Shown here: one piece after another, positions 26,701 to 43,580 of the stretch
Layout of the letters: every line of letters begins with the position of its first letter
How positions within the stretch are numbered: position 1 is the first letter of the stretch
Assembly (NCBI RefSeq): GCF_000150275.1
Contig: NW_002060944.1
Coordinates: forward strand, 7,702,735-7,766,734
Reading direction: 5' to 3'
DNA: 64,000 nucleotides
Source: Trichoplax adhaerens
Taxonomy: Eukaryota > Animalia > Placozoa
Notes under the pieces: model-generated
The model's database searches: none
Told to the model about the DNA's origin: nothing
The model's input: only the letters and a program-made list of their open reading frames with translations
Program-made: the position numbers and the translations under genes

Positions 26701-28485
26701 ATTATTTTATTGTCAACGAAACAGATCAAAGATCCAATGTCAAATCAAGATAAGCAAATGGAGGTTTGTGAAACTTGCGGTGCCTTTTTAATTGTGGGAG
26801 ATGCACAGTCTCGTGTTGATGATCACCTAATGGGCAAGCAACATATGGGTTATGCTAAAATTAAGTTAACCATTGAAGAATTATTGGTAATTTTTGTGCA
26901 TCATTTCCTTTTTATGTGTATGTATTATTGGTGAACTGTTAGTGATTTTCGCGTTGTCACTTATGCTTAAAGGTGACATCAATTTTTAGTTAAGTAGTTG
27001 AAGGAATACGAAACTTTATACACTACCTATGTATGCATTACATCTCTAAATTTATTGATGAGGTACATTACAAGCAATTATTATTTACGCACTCTAGATT
27101 AAAAAGGATGGTGAAAATGAATCTCGTAGAAATAGAGACATGGATACCCGTGATAGAGATGGCCGTAGAAATCGCGATAACGACAGAGGTCGAGATCGGG
27201 ACAGAGATAGAGAACGAGAACGAGATCGAGATCGAGATCAGGATAGAAATCGGGATCGCAAAGATCGACGTGAGAGGTATGATAAAGATAACGATCGTCA
27301 TCGTTCCAGTCGTCATGACGACAGTGATCGCAGAAGAAGAGAGCGTGATGAATATAGTCGTCATAAAGCACGTAGCAGGTGAGTGTAAGTAAACTTTTTA
27401 CCAGTTTTGCAGTAGCTCGCTAAGGTGTAACATTAAGTGGCTATCTGGGCTGACAAGAGGGAAAATGAAGAGTAGAGCTTTCAATGATTGGAGGTGAAGG
27501 ATTTTGTAAATCATTTATACTCATACACGAAATATAAACAAATTAGTGCACGTTCGCATATAGTATTGTTGGTCAGCGATTGCCTTCTTGTCATGGCTGG
27601 TAATACCAATCTCTACTAAAATGAGCAACAGAAAACAGGTGCATTTATTCCGTATTGTATTTAGGCTAAATATGTGGTGTATTTGCTGCTGTATTGCAGT
27701 AGGCTACGTATTGGTCATGTTTCATGCAACAGAATACGGTAGTTTCCTTTTTGTACTATTTCAATCAGTAGACTAGCGTATTTGAAGAACATTTTGGATC
27801 ACTCTTTTTGCTGTCGATGGTGTTACTGTCATTAAATTATTTCCATATGACGTCCTAATTAATGTAGCTGCTCTTAGCAGTTTTTCAATATGCCACGTTA
27901 TTCCGCTTTAAGACATCCGAATAATTGCAGTTCTGAGGTTTCATCTTCTTTGCTGTGTAAATCAATTGATTTTGTGTAGTTATATTTTACTTCGTCCGTT
28001 ACCGTCAGGGTTTCTATAGTTTACCAATAAAAATTAACTTGACGTAGAAAAGCCAATAACATACAGTATCCCTTAAGGGTATAACACATTGCAAGCTTTT
28101 GCGTTATAATGTTATGCAAGATTTATATCTGCGTTGTTATTCAACAGCTAAGTGACTTTGGGCAATATACCCATATTAGTTATTGATTATGTACGTCCGC
28201 TGTCGTATACAGTGAAGCTTTTCTATCGACTTGTAGTAATGTAGCATGTAGACTTTGTAACTTGAACTACTGTACTGTACATATCTACATACTCGTATCT
28301 GGTTAGTTATTCCTATCATTTTCGTATAATCTATAGTTTATGTTCGATAACAGTTTACCCCTTATATGATTTATGCTATCAGGTCAAGAGAAAGACATGG
28401 ACGCAGTAGACATGATGAAAGAGACCGTCGTAGGTCACGTTCTCCTCGTCGACGCTCTAGGTCAAATTCTCCGCGTAGTAAATAA
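23712..28485 (+). CDS. LUC7L3: Luc7-like protein 3 (U1 snRNP-associated splicing factor)
   Basis: MALTPAQLLDELMGPNRN..., ZnF1 VCKRFLCGFCPSQLFTNTRSDLGPCEKIHDE, ZnF2 MEVCETCGAFLIVGDAQSRVDDHLMGKQHMGY, and an RD/RS-rich tail. Last exon 28383-28485. Confidence 0.95.
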
Positions 28486-29970
28486 AGGTTGAATTATACA
28501 AGATATATTTTCTAGTATATGTCCCTAGCTGTATTAGGTATACGCGTGTATCTATGCTTACGTTGACAAAAAGTTGCTCGGTGTACTCTGTCTGCTTTTG
28601 GTGAAGTCTGCTAACTTTGTGCTAATTTGGCTAATGATTTACAACCTCCCATCTTCTACGTATGTGATCATGCCTTCTTCTTGTGCGTTATCTCCTAGGT
28701 AATAATATTTAATAACTAGGATACGACACTTGACTTGTTTATCAATTTACCTTACGCGTAAGACATCTCAATTAAGGTGCTGTTGATCATTCTTCTGCCG
28801 TCGAATTAATGAAGGTATTTGTAGATAAGTACTAGCTTATTCGTGATCTATGCAGCCCACTAGTCTTTGATAGACTTGCAAATATAAAATAATGACTGCA
28901 TGGATTAGTTCAATATATATTGCTTTAAAGTTACAGTAGAGTTGAGACCGTTAACGTATTGTATCCTAGACAATTTCCTTTGTAATAAAAACGTTTATTT
29001 TCGAAAATGTTGTATGGCTACAATAAAATTTTAACATTGTAAGCAAAATATGAATGGATACAATCAGCTTACTTTGTTGAGATTTTTTGTCTAGAAAGTT
29101 CCTCAACAAGATTGCATGCTACTATACTCATCATATATGCGTATCGCTACGAAGTCAGCTTATGTACGAATTGTGTGCTGTACTTATCACTCACCGGTGA
29201 TAACTCGTACGCTTACAAACAACCAAATGCGAGATAAAGCCGCACTTGTCTGCGTATAGCTACCGCCAGCTCTACGATGTATTTGGCAAGTGATGTAGTA
29301 CAAACCAATAAAAGGCTACGTTATAAATTAACCAAGTCAACACTACCTAAATTTCAATACAATCACTGCATACTTGTCATGTAAGTGATATACTATCTAT
29401 TGAGTTACGTTTAAATATTGATAACTCAAATTCATTTAGCATAGTTCTATATATCTTAGTTTTACAATATAATAATACATTAGTCAAGACACGTAAAAAT
29501 TTCATAAACGTTATATTAATCATATGACGTATCTAAAAATTTATCGCATTACAATCTCAAAATAATAGTACGTACTAGGATCAGTTTGTGATAATCTCTT
29601 TAATTAGTGTAAAGTAAATCCCCCAAAAATAACAAGACTGTCTTTACACGTGTGCAATACAGTATGTTTCGTGCTTATCTCTAAAAATGGAAAGTGAAAC
29701 TATGAAATTCGCGATGTCATAGAAATATTATTACTATTGGTTAATTATTAAGTTTGTCAACATGGGATTCGTATACTGTAGAGGAATTGAAATACTATAA
29801 TTAAGATTAACTGATAATTCCAGGGATAAGACGCCATGGTATTATTAGCGCCGTAGGAATTGCATTAAATACAGTACAATACGTTAAACAAGTACTATCA
29901 ATATTACATAGCTTAGCTTTCTACTGGCACGTGATGACATAATTGTACTGGAAGTAAACCATATTATAGA

Positions 29971-32409
29971 TTAATAGTAACTAACATCAAGAGCATTCGG
30001 TTGCAGTCTATTTAGTAAAACCACTTCCAACTCCTGATTGTCAGTTAATCTTTGCAAATCTTTATCCTTACGAATAAGGATATTAGGTAACTTGCGAATC
30101 TTTTTTACAGCTGATTTCGATAGATCTAGTTCTTCGCAACATCGATCAAATAATGATTCGTATGTTAAATTAAATCGATCCAGTTCAACTTCTACGAAAT
30201 CTTCTTCACCAGAATTTGCAATACGAACTTTAACCAATAATTCCCCTATATTGAATAAGAGGTTATAGAAAGAAATTGCAATAAAAAAAATTGAGAAATA
30301 ATGATAAATTGAAGATTTTACGTTTTCCCATAGGGTTGAATGATTTGCCATGTGGTGAAGCCACAATGGTTGCTTGAGTTGAGATAGTTCGACTTTGAAT
30401 AGACAGCTCTTTTACATCACCTCCAACCGTGACGATAGACTTTGGAGGTGAAGTACTACGTCCATTTTGGGAGACAGTAGTTTCCGTAACTGTAGTATTT
30501 GAGTATGGAAAGGGAGGATTTTGCATGTAGTTTGGAGTGATAGGCAGTTCAGTTTTGTTTGTTTTTGGAGAGTTATTAGGAGACGCACCTATATCGCTTA
30601 CTCCCGCTAGTATAGAAAAAATTCACTAATGTTATACAGTATTAATGATTGTAGGGTATAAAAAGGCAATGCATTCCCAAGATTATTAATTGTTCTTGCC
30701 CAACTCAATCCTTAGCTTAAGATAATATTTGTAAGGAGATTGTAATCTAGTAAAAGTACAGTACATAAAGAGCTACTTACTATTTGCATGCATTACTTAA
30801 GCTTACTATTGGAAAATCAGTCTACACTAATATAACAAATACGTATAATGCCATGCTGTTATGAACATACACTGTACATACAGTGTACACTGAATGCATA
30901 GCAGGAATTACTGTATAATTAAGTATTAATATTTACAGCGTCTTTCAGTCTTGTAGTAATACTGTGTCATAGAATGTACTTATATCTAGAAGCTTCAACA
31001 GAGCTATACATCATTCTAAACATGACATAATATTACCTGCATTATTTAACATCACTTTAATTTCCTCACTGCTGGATAACTGAGCTGCAGTTTCACCGGA
31101 TTTAGTTAAAAGTGATGGTTCTGCACCCTCGCTTAGCAGGTAGGCTACAATATCATTATGCCCGCGGCAAGCAGCCCAATGTAAGGCGGTCCTGTCCAAT
31201 TACAAAATATGTCAATATAGTAGTTACATTAGTTCTTCTTCTTATTATTGAAATCAATGTTTGCACGATCAATAAAACTAATGATGAGATATAGTTAGAT
31301 TGAGTCAAGATCGATTGATCTTGACATCTCTATACCGCCATTTAAATACTTATACACTGCCATGCCAGTTGTAGTTATATTTATTGTTACGGTATTTTGA
31401 ATAATGAATGTACTAATATACAATATTACTGCTGAATACCTACAGAACAGTGTACAGTGCTTGTATACGTGCATTACTGTAGGCGCATTATCTCAAGATA
31501 TAAGTGCGAACAATACTCTAAGAATGTGATTAGAAAGTAATCAGAATAGAAGAGTTGCTTCATAACATTTAGAAAGTTATAGCCTAAGAAATGATTTAGT
31601 TATAGTAAAGTAGTGAAAGAAAGTGGTTGCTAATCTTGTTTGATGGACAAATTTTTTGTTATGAAAAGGAGCTTACTACAATGATTGTTCTCTAGACTGT
31701 AATTAACAACGTGATGAGATAAAAGAGAAAATTGTAGCTATTAAATTCGAATTCTTTACTGTTATTTGCCTATTTTGCTTAGTGCGAAGTTTTAAGTGTG
31801 GAACTACGGTATCAACGACTTTAACTCAATGGAAGTATTTCTACAGTTTGTTCATTTTATTCGTATTGCTAACGGTCTGATGACAATTTAATAGTATGGT
31901 GGTTCGGTATCACTGTGTCACAAGTGTTATTAAATTACACTGTACATTGTTGTCTTGTCATTAAATATACTCCTGTGCCATGTCAGTAAGGTTCATTATG
32001 TTGCTCTCCTTTATTGCGCGTAGTAATTACGCCGATTTAACGAATACGTGAACTCTATGCTTTAGAATATAATATAATCTACTGTATCTTAACTGTTAGA
32101 TAAACAAAGCTCAAGTTGGACGGTAATCGAAGGACGAATAGCAAAGTCAATCTCGATGACAACTTTGTTCTCTTATCATGACTAAAAGGTACAATAAGCC
32201 ATAAGAGATCGACTTGATCATGAGAAATTTTTGCTAGTGTCCATTCAACTTTATGGTCTATTGTATCTAGGCGTAAATAATTACCATCCATTGATTTTGT
32301 GTTGGGAATTGATGTTGACGCCTCGTTGTACTAATAACTGGACAGTATCTTTCTCACCAAGACAAGCGCATTCGCGAAGTCTTTCTTCGATTCCATGAAC
32401 GGGATTCAT
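29971..32409 (-). CDS. ANKRD40: Ankyrin repeat domain-containing protein 40
   Basis: Exons 32285-32409, 31037-31191, 30322-30606, 29971-30245. Motifs: EERLRECACLG...NGWTALHWA ankyrin pair, PNYMQNPPFPY, and the C-terminal ELLVKVRI...KIRKLPNILIRKDKDLQRL domain. Confidence 0.93.
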
Positions 32410-32969
32410 GTGTGATTAATTTCAGGCAATAATTTAAGATTTTTATGGAGGAAAATGATCGATTTCAATGTCGAATAGCCCACCAATTTAGTAAGAGTAG
32501 GTAATTTTTTTTCTCACCAATCCTAGAGATGAAATGAAAGTTTTTTTCAGATTGCAAAATCATAACAATAGTCTTGTTACGTTTAAACGAAGCGTAAAAT
32601 TCTGAATAGAATGCAGGAATGGAGGATGAACTACCTTCTTCTATCTTGGTATCTTGGTGTAATAATTTTGATGTTGTCAATTTCAATGTAATTGATGAAG
32701 ATGACGAGTAAGATCGAGTCGAAAATGGTGGTAGATTGGCCTTTGGATAGAAAATGGTATGAAAGTAATGAGACGCATTAGCTTGAATATCATGAATTAT
32801 ACAAGATAGGAGTATACTGCTCTGGCTTATTGTTCTGGCTTTGTTATGATTGGCTTTTGGGCTATTGATCGTGTTTGAAAACGATCAATAACGTTTCAAC
32901 TTTCTTTTGTGATGGGCATCTGTGGTGACGCGCATCGCTAAGCACCAAGCCAGTGTGTCGCTAGGTGCT

Positions 32970-34235
32970 CTCCTGCAGTACAGTGTATAGTACTGTACTT
33001 GATGGAGTATCATCCAGTAGAGTACTGTACAGTACGTAGAGGTATAGTATTTGCTAATTAACGATTCTCAATTAAACCGACTACCCATTACCACGAATAG
33101 ATCTGAGAAGGTTCGATTCGGTTCGGTTCGGTTCAATACTTTTATGATCTGTACAGTACAATACAGTACTGTATGTCCACCAACATAACAGTACTGTACA
33201 ATACACAACAGTGCCTCTACCAGTCTACCAGCATTGCTTGCATGCTGGACTATTCTGGAAGGCACTGGTTGGACTACCTAAAAGTCCAATGGATATTCTG
33301 CTGTAAAATATGCTTTTAGTTGGTTTCAGTAGGACAGTCGTATTCTAGATAGTATACTGTTCTATGACTGCAGCAGGGACTACTAAACTGCTGTGTACAG
33401 TCAGTATTTGCTTATTCAGATCGCTGGTTGATGCTTTTCAAAGTGACAAAATACTTTGATACACACTGTACATTGTCGAATACAGTGCTGTGCAAGTGAA
33501 ATTCAAGGTTGAAGGCCGTGAAGATCTTGACAGTTGAAAAAGTCTTCTCTTTATTGTACCGTACAGCACTACTTTGGTAGCAGTTTGATGGAGAAGAGCT
33601 GTTACTGATATTCACAAGCAGTACTCCTACTGTATTTGAATGATTAACATGGCCACTTGGCGAGTAAAATAGTCGGTTTGCGCGTTTCCAGTGTAGTAAA
33701 GAATTGCCTGTGCTCTCCGTCTTTTATTAATAACAGTCCACATAATAAATAAATAAAAAAAAAAATAGCAGATCCAGTGTACTGTAGAGGACGGACCCAG
33801 TCAATTCTGATACTGTACTGTACAGTAGAATGTACAGTACAGTACTGTACTGCAGTCATCGTGGTAGGTTGAAAAACCTCGATGACGGAAGTGAGTCACA
33901 GTACGGCACGGAACGGAACGGCACGCTAAATACCAGTACACTGCCACTGACCAATAGTACTGTACAGTACTGTATGACCATGCTCTACTGTACAGTACTG
34001 TACAGTCTACAGTACAGCCATTACGAGTTGTACTGTACTGTACAGTACTGTAGACTGAGTACAGTACAGTTATGGCATTCGTTCACCCTACTGTCCTATT
34101 CTGTACACTGTACTGTATGAGAAGTGATAGTAATAGAATCATATGGAAAACGACTACGTACTGTACTGTACTGTACCGCACTGGACTGGACTGGACCGAT
34201 CCGGACCAAACTCGACCAAACTCGACTGCACTTTC
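32970..34235. repeat. CAGTA/TACTG pentamer-rich low-complexity island in the divergent ANKRD40-U2AF2 promoter region
   Basis: Dense tactgtacagta-type runs at 32975-33035, 33145-33200, 33810-33855, 33955-34170, plus GGTTC, GGAAC and CTGGA pentamer runs. Confidence 0.85.
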
Positions 34236-34606
34236 ACTACTGTAGTGTTGAAGCACTGGCTGAACTGCAGTCTGTCACTAGACGTGAGAACGAAACTCGC
34301 CTGTCTGACGCGTCTGTCGGTCAATCAGACAATGCTGTTTGACAGCCAAAGCCTCGCAGCTGCGTATTGCCTGCTGAGGAATCAGCGGCAAGCTTCATGT
34401 GATTCCCAAGCTGTTGTGTCTTACATCGTTTCAAGCTAGAGTAGAAGAGAATCCAATTGGAATTGACAAGTATCTCGATCATTCCAATTGTAACTTGACA
34501 TCGTATTTGAACAGAATTTGCTGTAACGTGTAGCCAAGCCATTGGGATACCTCATCGAGCATTCAACGACAACTTGAATTCTATCCTTGACGAATAGACC
34601 GAAAGT

Positions 34607-39105
<4,499 letters not shown>

Positions 39106-40252
39106 GAGCATTTCGAGCACATTATTAGTAATTATATAATTGTACCATTTTCTGTTTTAGCTTTTCTTGAAATTAGAAGGATACTAACCTTTGTACAATT
39201 AATCAGTTTCCTTATAATATGCCTTTCAATAGAAAACCAATCTGTCTCCTGATAATAATCGTCTAATATATAAGCATATGTAGCACTCTAATCCGGTGTA
39301 TTTTTCGTTTATATTGTTGGGATTACGATTAATCGTTGACAGCTCACCATTCAATATCATGAGTCTAGCATGATTATATCAAGTATCACTTGACTTTTGT
39401 TCTGTACATGCTTGATTGCCAGATAAGTTGATGACTGAATATTAATTAATAGTTTTTTAGTGTTTAATGATGATAAGGCTCATATTAACGTTGTTTATTT
39501 GGCAGGAAGCTTATCGATCGTTTGTACAGTGAGATTATAACATGCGGTAAAGAAGTTTACTGCAAATTATAGCTGAAATTTGAAATAAATGCAGTACAAA
39601 TATTGTAGCATTAACACTAGTTTAATTGAGATCAGCAAGATACGCATGAACTTCGATATGAACAGTAGTATTATCTTTCTATAATTAAATGTAATTATTT
39701 ACATACACACTATGAGATACACATGATATCAATTAGAATACAATAAATTTATTACATTACCCATTCGGTAGTGAAAGTTGTACATTGCAGTACCAGAAGC
39801 TTTTAATGTATAGTTGCAAATACAAAATTTGAGCATAGCCAGGATGATAAATAATAATTAGGGTTTAAGGTTTTCGTAGCATACACTGTAAAATGCGAAA
39901 ATTTTGAAGGTCATAGTATACTTATTACAAGTAACATCAATCTAAAACCAAAAAAGGGTTTACAGAGAGGCTCCATTTCATGCAATCATTAGTAAAGATA
40001 GTTATGTAATCACAGGATTTACTCAAGATAATTTAAATTGATTATACACGATAGAAATATTTTTGGTTATCATCTACTTTCCGCCTCTGGATAATCACTG
40101 AAAAAGACCAATTACGTACGCTAATATAAAGGGGATTGTTATACTCTATTGATCCTACTTTCATCATACAAGTACAGTACATTATTAAAGACATTGGCAA
40201 TTATAATTTCCAGATCACACGACGACGGTAGATTTTAGTGATATCAGAGTTG

Positions 40253-43200
40253 CTATTCGCCTGGCTTGTAAGGATTTTTTTGCTCGGGGTTTATTGAGGC
40301 CAATGTATGATTAACTAGTCGATGATGTGCTTCATCTGCTCGTATGGCCAAGATAACATCACGCATTTTGGCATCAGGCTGGCATCATGAAATGGATAAA
40401 TATAATTAAAATCCAACATACGCTTAAGTAAACTCTTGATTTACTAGTTTATCCTTACCTTGAGTTGCCAATAAGTTCTTGCGATATCTGGGGCATCCAT
40501 CTTGGCCCACATAGGTAAATATCCTCGGTCAATTTGCTAATGTAAGGTAAGAATTAAGTTTTTATAATTGTTAATCATTTGTAGCAATAACGATCCATTC
40601 AATAATAGCATAAATTTGCAATGGTGTACTAATTCCAGTACGAGTCCTATTTAATAGGCTTACATTGAGACACTTGGTATAGGTTATTACAGCTTCTTCT
40701 TCAAGGTAACCAACAAAACGATGGCAAAATCTGGGACTTATGAGATAGGAAAGGATGAAGAAGTTCACAAAAATACCTACAGCAATTTAATTGAAGAACA
40801 CGCAAAATCTAAAGTTAGGACTAATTTGAAAAAGTACAATTTTAAATTTATTATGAACTATTGTATTGAAATAGCAAAAGAGTAAGAGGCGTTCTTACAG
40901 TCAAGGTGTTCACATATAAAAGTAAATTTAAGCAAAGTAATTATGATTGCATAATAGATCATATCTCATTACCTTGACCTAAAATTACGCACGCTCTGAA
41001 AAATGGGCCAGGTCTTTTAAGATGTAATGCAGTTAAAAGATGCATCCTTTCATTTTCTGCCTCCTCTATAACACGCGTAAATTAAGCAATGTAAGAACAT
41101 TAAATTGCTTTAAGGCTATGGTCGTGAAAGCGATCTTGAGTAAATAGTAAGAAAAGCTATCGCTTTATCTAAAATTTGCAACAGCAGAAACTACTGAAGA
41201 AGTATTCCTGCTAGCGATTACGCCTATCGTAAAAATTCAGAGTTACTAATTGAATAACAAACAAACCAAGCAATGTATGGATCCATCCATAGTCTCGTCG
41301 CATCCTACGCAATGAATGCAGATGACGAGTCATTGCTGCAACCATTCCAGGAACGCCAGCAACAGTCTCTAAGAAAATAATGCGCCTGCAAATCGAATAC
41401 ATTACATATCATTATTGAATTTATGGCTAAGTTATTATTGCTGATACATAATGATACCATATTCGATGCATATAAAGGGAAAAAGACGGACCTTAACCAT
41501 TTGTTTTCGTTCATAGAGCCAAACCAATAGCCAGAAAATAAATCAAAGCCAAATCTCAATAGTTGCACAGAGAAGTACGCAGCCTGTGACACAATGAAGT
41601 GAGGTACCTCAAGTATTTGACCAATATCAGAACTTAATAAAGAAAGATATTTTACCACACCTTTTCGGTTTTATCTCGTGGTTTTTCATGGGTAACTGTA
41701 ATATTGTTGGCTTCCTCTTCACTCCTAAAAATGTATAAAATCTTAATTGAAGTCCAGTAAGAGCCAAATTGTACGCTTACAGTATTAAGCTAGGATCATA
41801 CAAATATATCGTATGGTTTAACATAGGTTGCCAAAACTATTTTTAACGGTACTACAGTAGACAAATAGGTAGACATGCATAAGCAATAGCTACTTTTAAC
41901 TAATGTTTTACCATATCGGATGTGGCAACAAGTAATCATTTTCTTGAATTTGTTGTTCTCCTTCCTTAGGTCGAAATTCTGGGCCTAATGGATGTTTCTT
42001 GCTCTGACTGGCTACTCGGAAATGAGGAGAATTTGCTAGAGCTATAGGGCAACAGGACAGTAACCGTGATCTAATCTAAAAATAAAAGTGGGTAGTAGGG
42101 ATTTAGAAGTCTGCGTAAAATATATATGTGGCACTCGATTACGGACTAGTACCATTAAACTACTAATTAAAGTAGGGTGCTTGTAATTCGCTGATCAATT
42201 TATAATTGCAGATTTTCATCGATTGGCAGTCTTGCCATAAGTGACTGGACATGATGATATATCCACGATCACGTAAACGAGGCAGTAAGTTTAGAGTAGA
42301 CTCCTTAATTTTTCAATTTTAATTAGCATACATAAGAGTGTGACGAATTTATATCAGGTTGCGAGCATAACTATCGTCAAGTGCTATTGCTCTACCGAAC
42401 CGGTTGTATAACAACTGAAGTTAGTAGAGTAATGGTGAGGATATATAGTATGATCAATGATCATTGGCAGTACCAGTGGGGACTTGTACGAGAAATTCTC
42501 TAAATGTACCTTAAGAAGTCCCTGCACTAGTACACTATATTTTGTAAGTCTAGACATGGACTACTTGAAGAAGTCTATGATCTAGTATAGCGATGCTATG
42601 AGGATTATCTGAAAAAGTGGTAAGTCAATACTTCCACTGGACTATAAATTTTATTAGAGCGAGTGTGTAGGATCAACAGTGTAGTAATTAATTGATACAA
42701 GTCATTACAGCTTTATGCCTGTTCTATTTCCTCGCTACCAGCTTAGGAGCTACGTATTAAAAGTAGGAGAAGCTGACGGAGAAATAACATAACATGGAAT
42801 GTACCTTCTTTTATAATAGTTCATTAATTAAATATAATTGATGGATATTTATTGACCATTTGTTATTGCTAGAGGGCTATAAGATATACGAGTATATGAC
42901 GTTGATCCATCCTATCTGGTACAGTATCCACAGCGCACAACAGTACAAAGGGGTCTATAAATCGCTGCCAAACGCTAATTTAATTTGAAAGAGCGATTCT
43001 AGGTAAGGTTAGGTAGGCAAGGCGTAAATGCATGTATCGTTGTTATTTGCAAGTCACATCCTACTCTATAGACCTAGGCTACATGGTTGTGAGATGATGA
43101 TTGACTATCCATTTTTTGGGGGCAATTCATTAAGCTTAGAGTATCCTCGTATTTAGGTGCTAAACATAGTGGATGTATTCATGCCATGCAATCATTACAG

Positions 43201-43580
43201 TATATTGAGGGATGTACGGTAGCAAAAGAAGTGGCTGCTACGTGTTTTTTTTTTATCAATCAATTAAGCATGGCAGGCATTCCATCAGCCAGCAATAAGA
43301 TATTATCAAAATTGAATCATTACTGCCTAAAATACAAAAAAATTTCTCTGGTACAACCATACTGCTACGACTGGGCAGATCGATGAAATTGATCAATGCA
43401 GTTTGCATCTTTTTAATCGTAATACATAAAATTTCAAGATAATGTAAAACTTACTCCGATCATTGAACCGGCATGTGAGGAACGTGGAAGATTATGCCGG
43501 ACCAAGTCAAGGCCAAATTGTGCTGTTTTGTGCCAACGTTGTGTTTGGCTGAATGCTTTTGTAGATAACTGTAATGCCAT
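40253..43580 (-). CDS. AOX: Mitochondrial alternative oxidase
   Basis: Di-iron motifs [25 protein letters not shown] and RADEAHH. Animal-type C-terminus NPYKPGE*. First exon 43455-43580 resembles a mitochondrial presequence. Confidence 0.95.

Noticed and set aside
27033-27392. Alternative-frame and antisense ORFs (IEIEIE, ISISIS), also at 36295-36625 and 47344-47776
   Set aside because: Shadows of low-complexity RD/RE coding repeats.
33068-34542. ORFs rich in TVQYC/YCTV, also 60577-60807
   Set aside because: Translation of the CAGTA/TACTG pentamer repeats, not real proteins.
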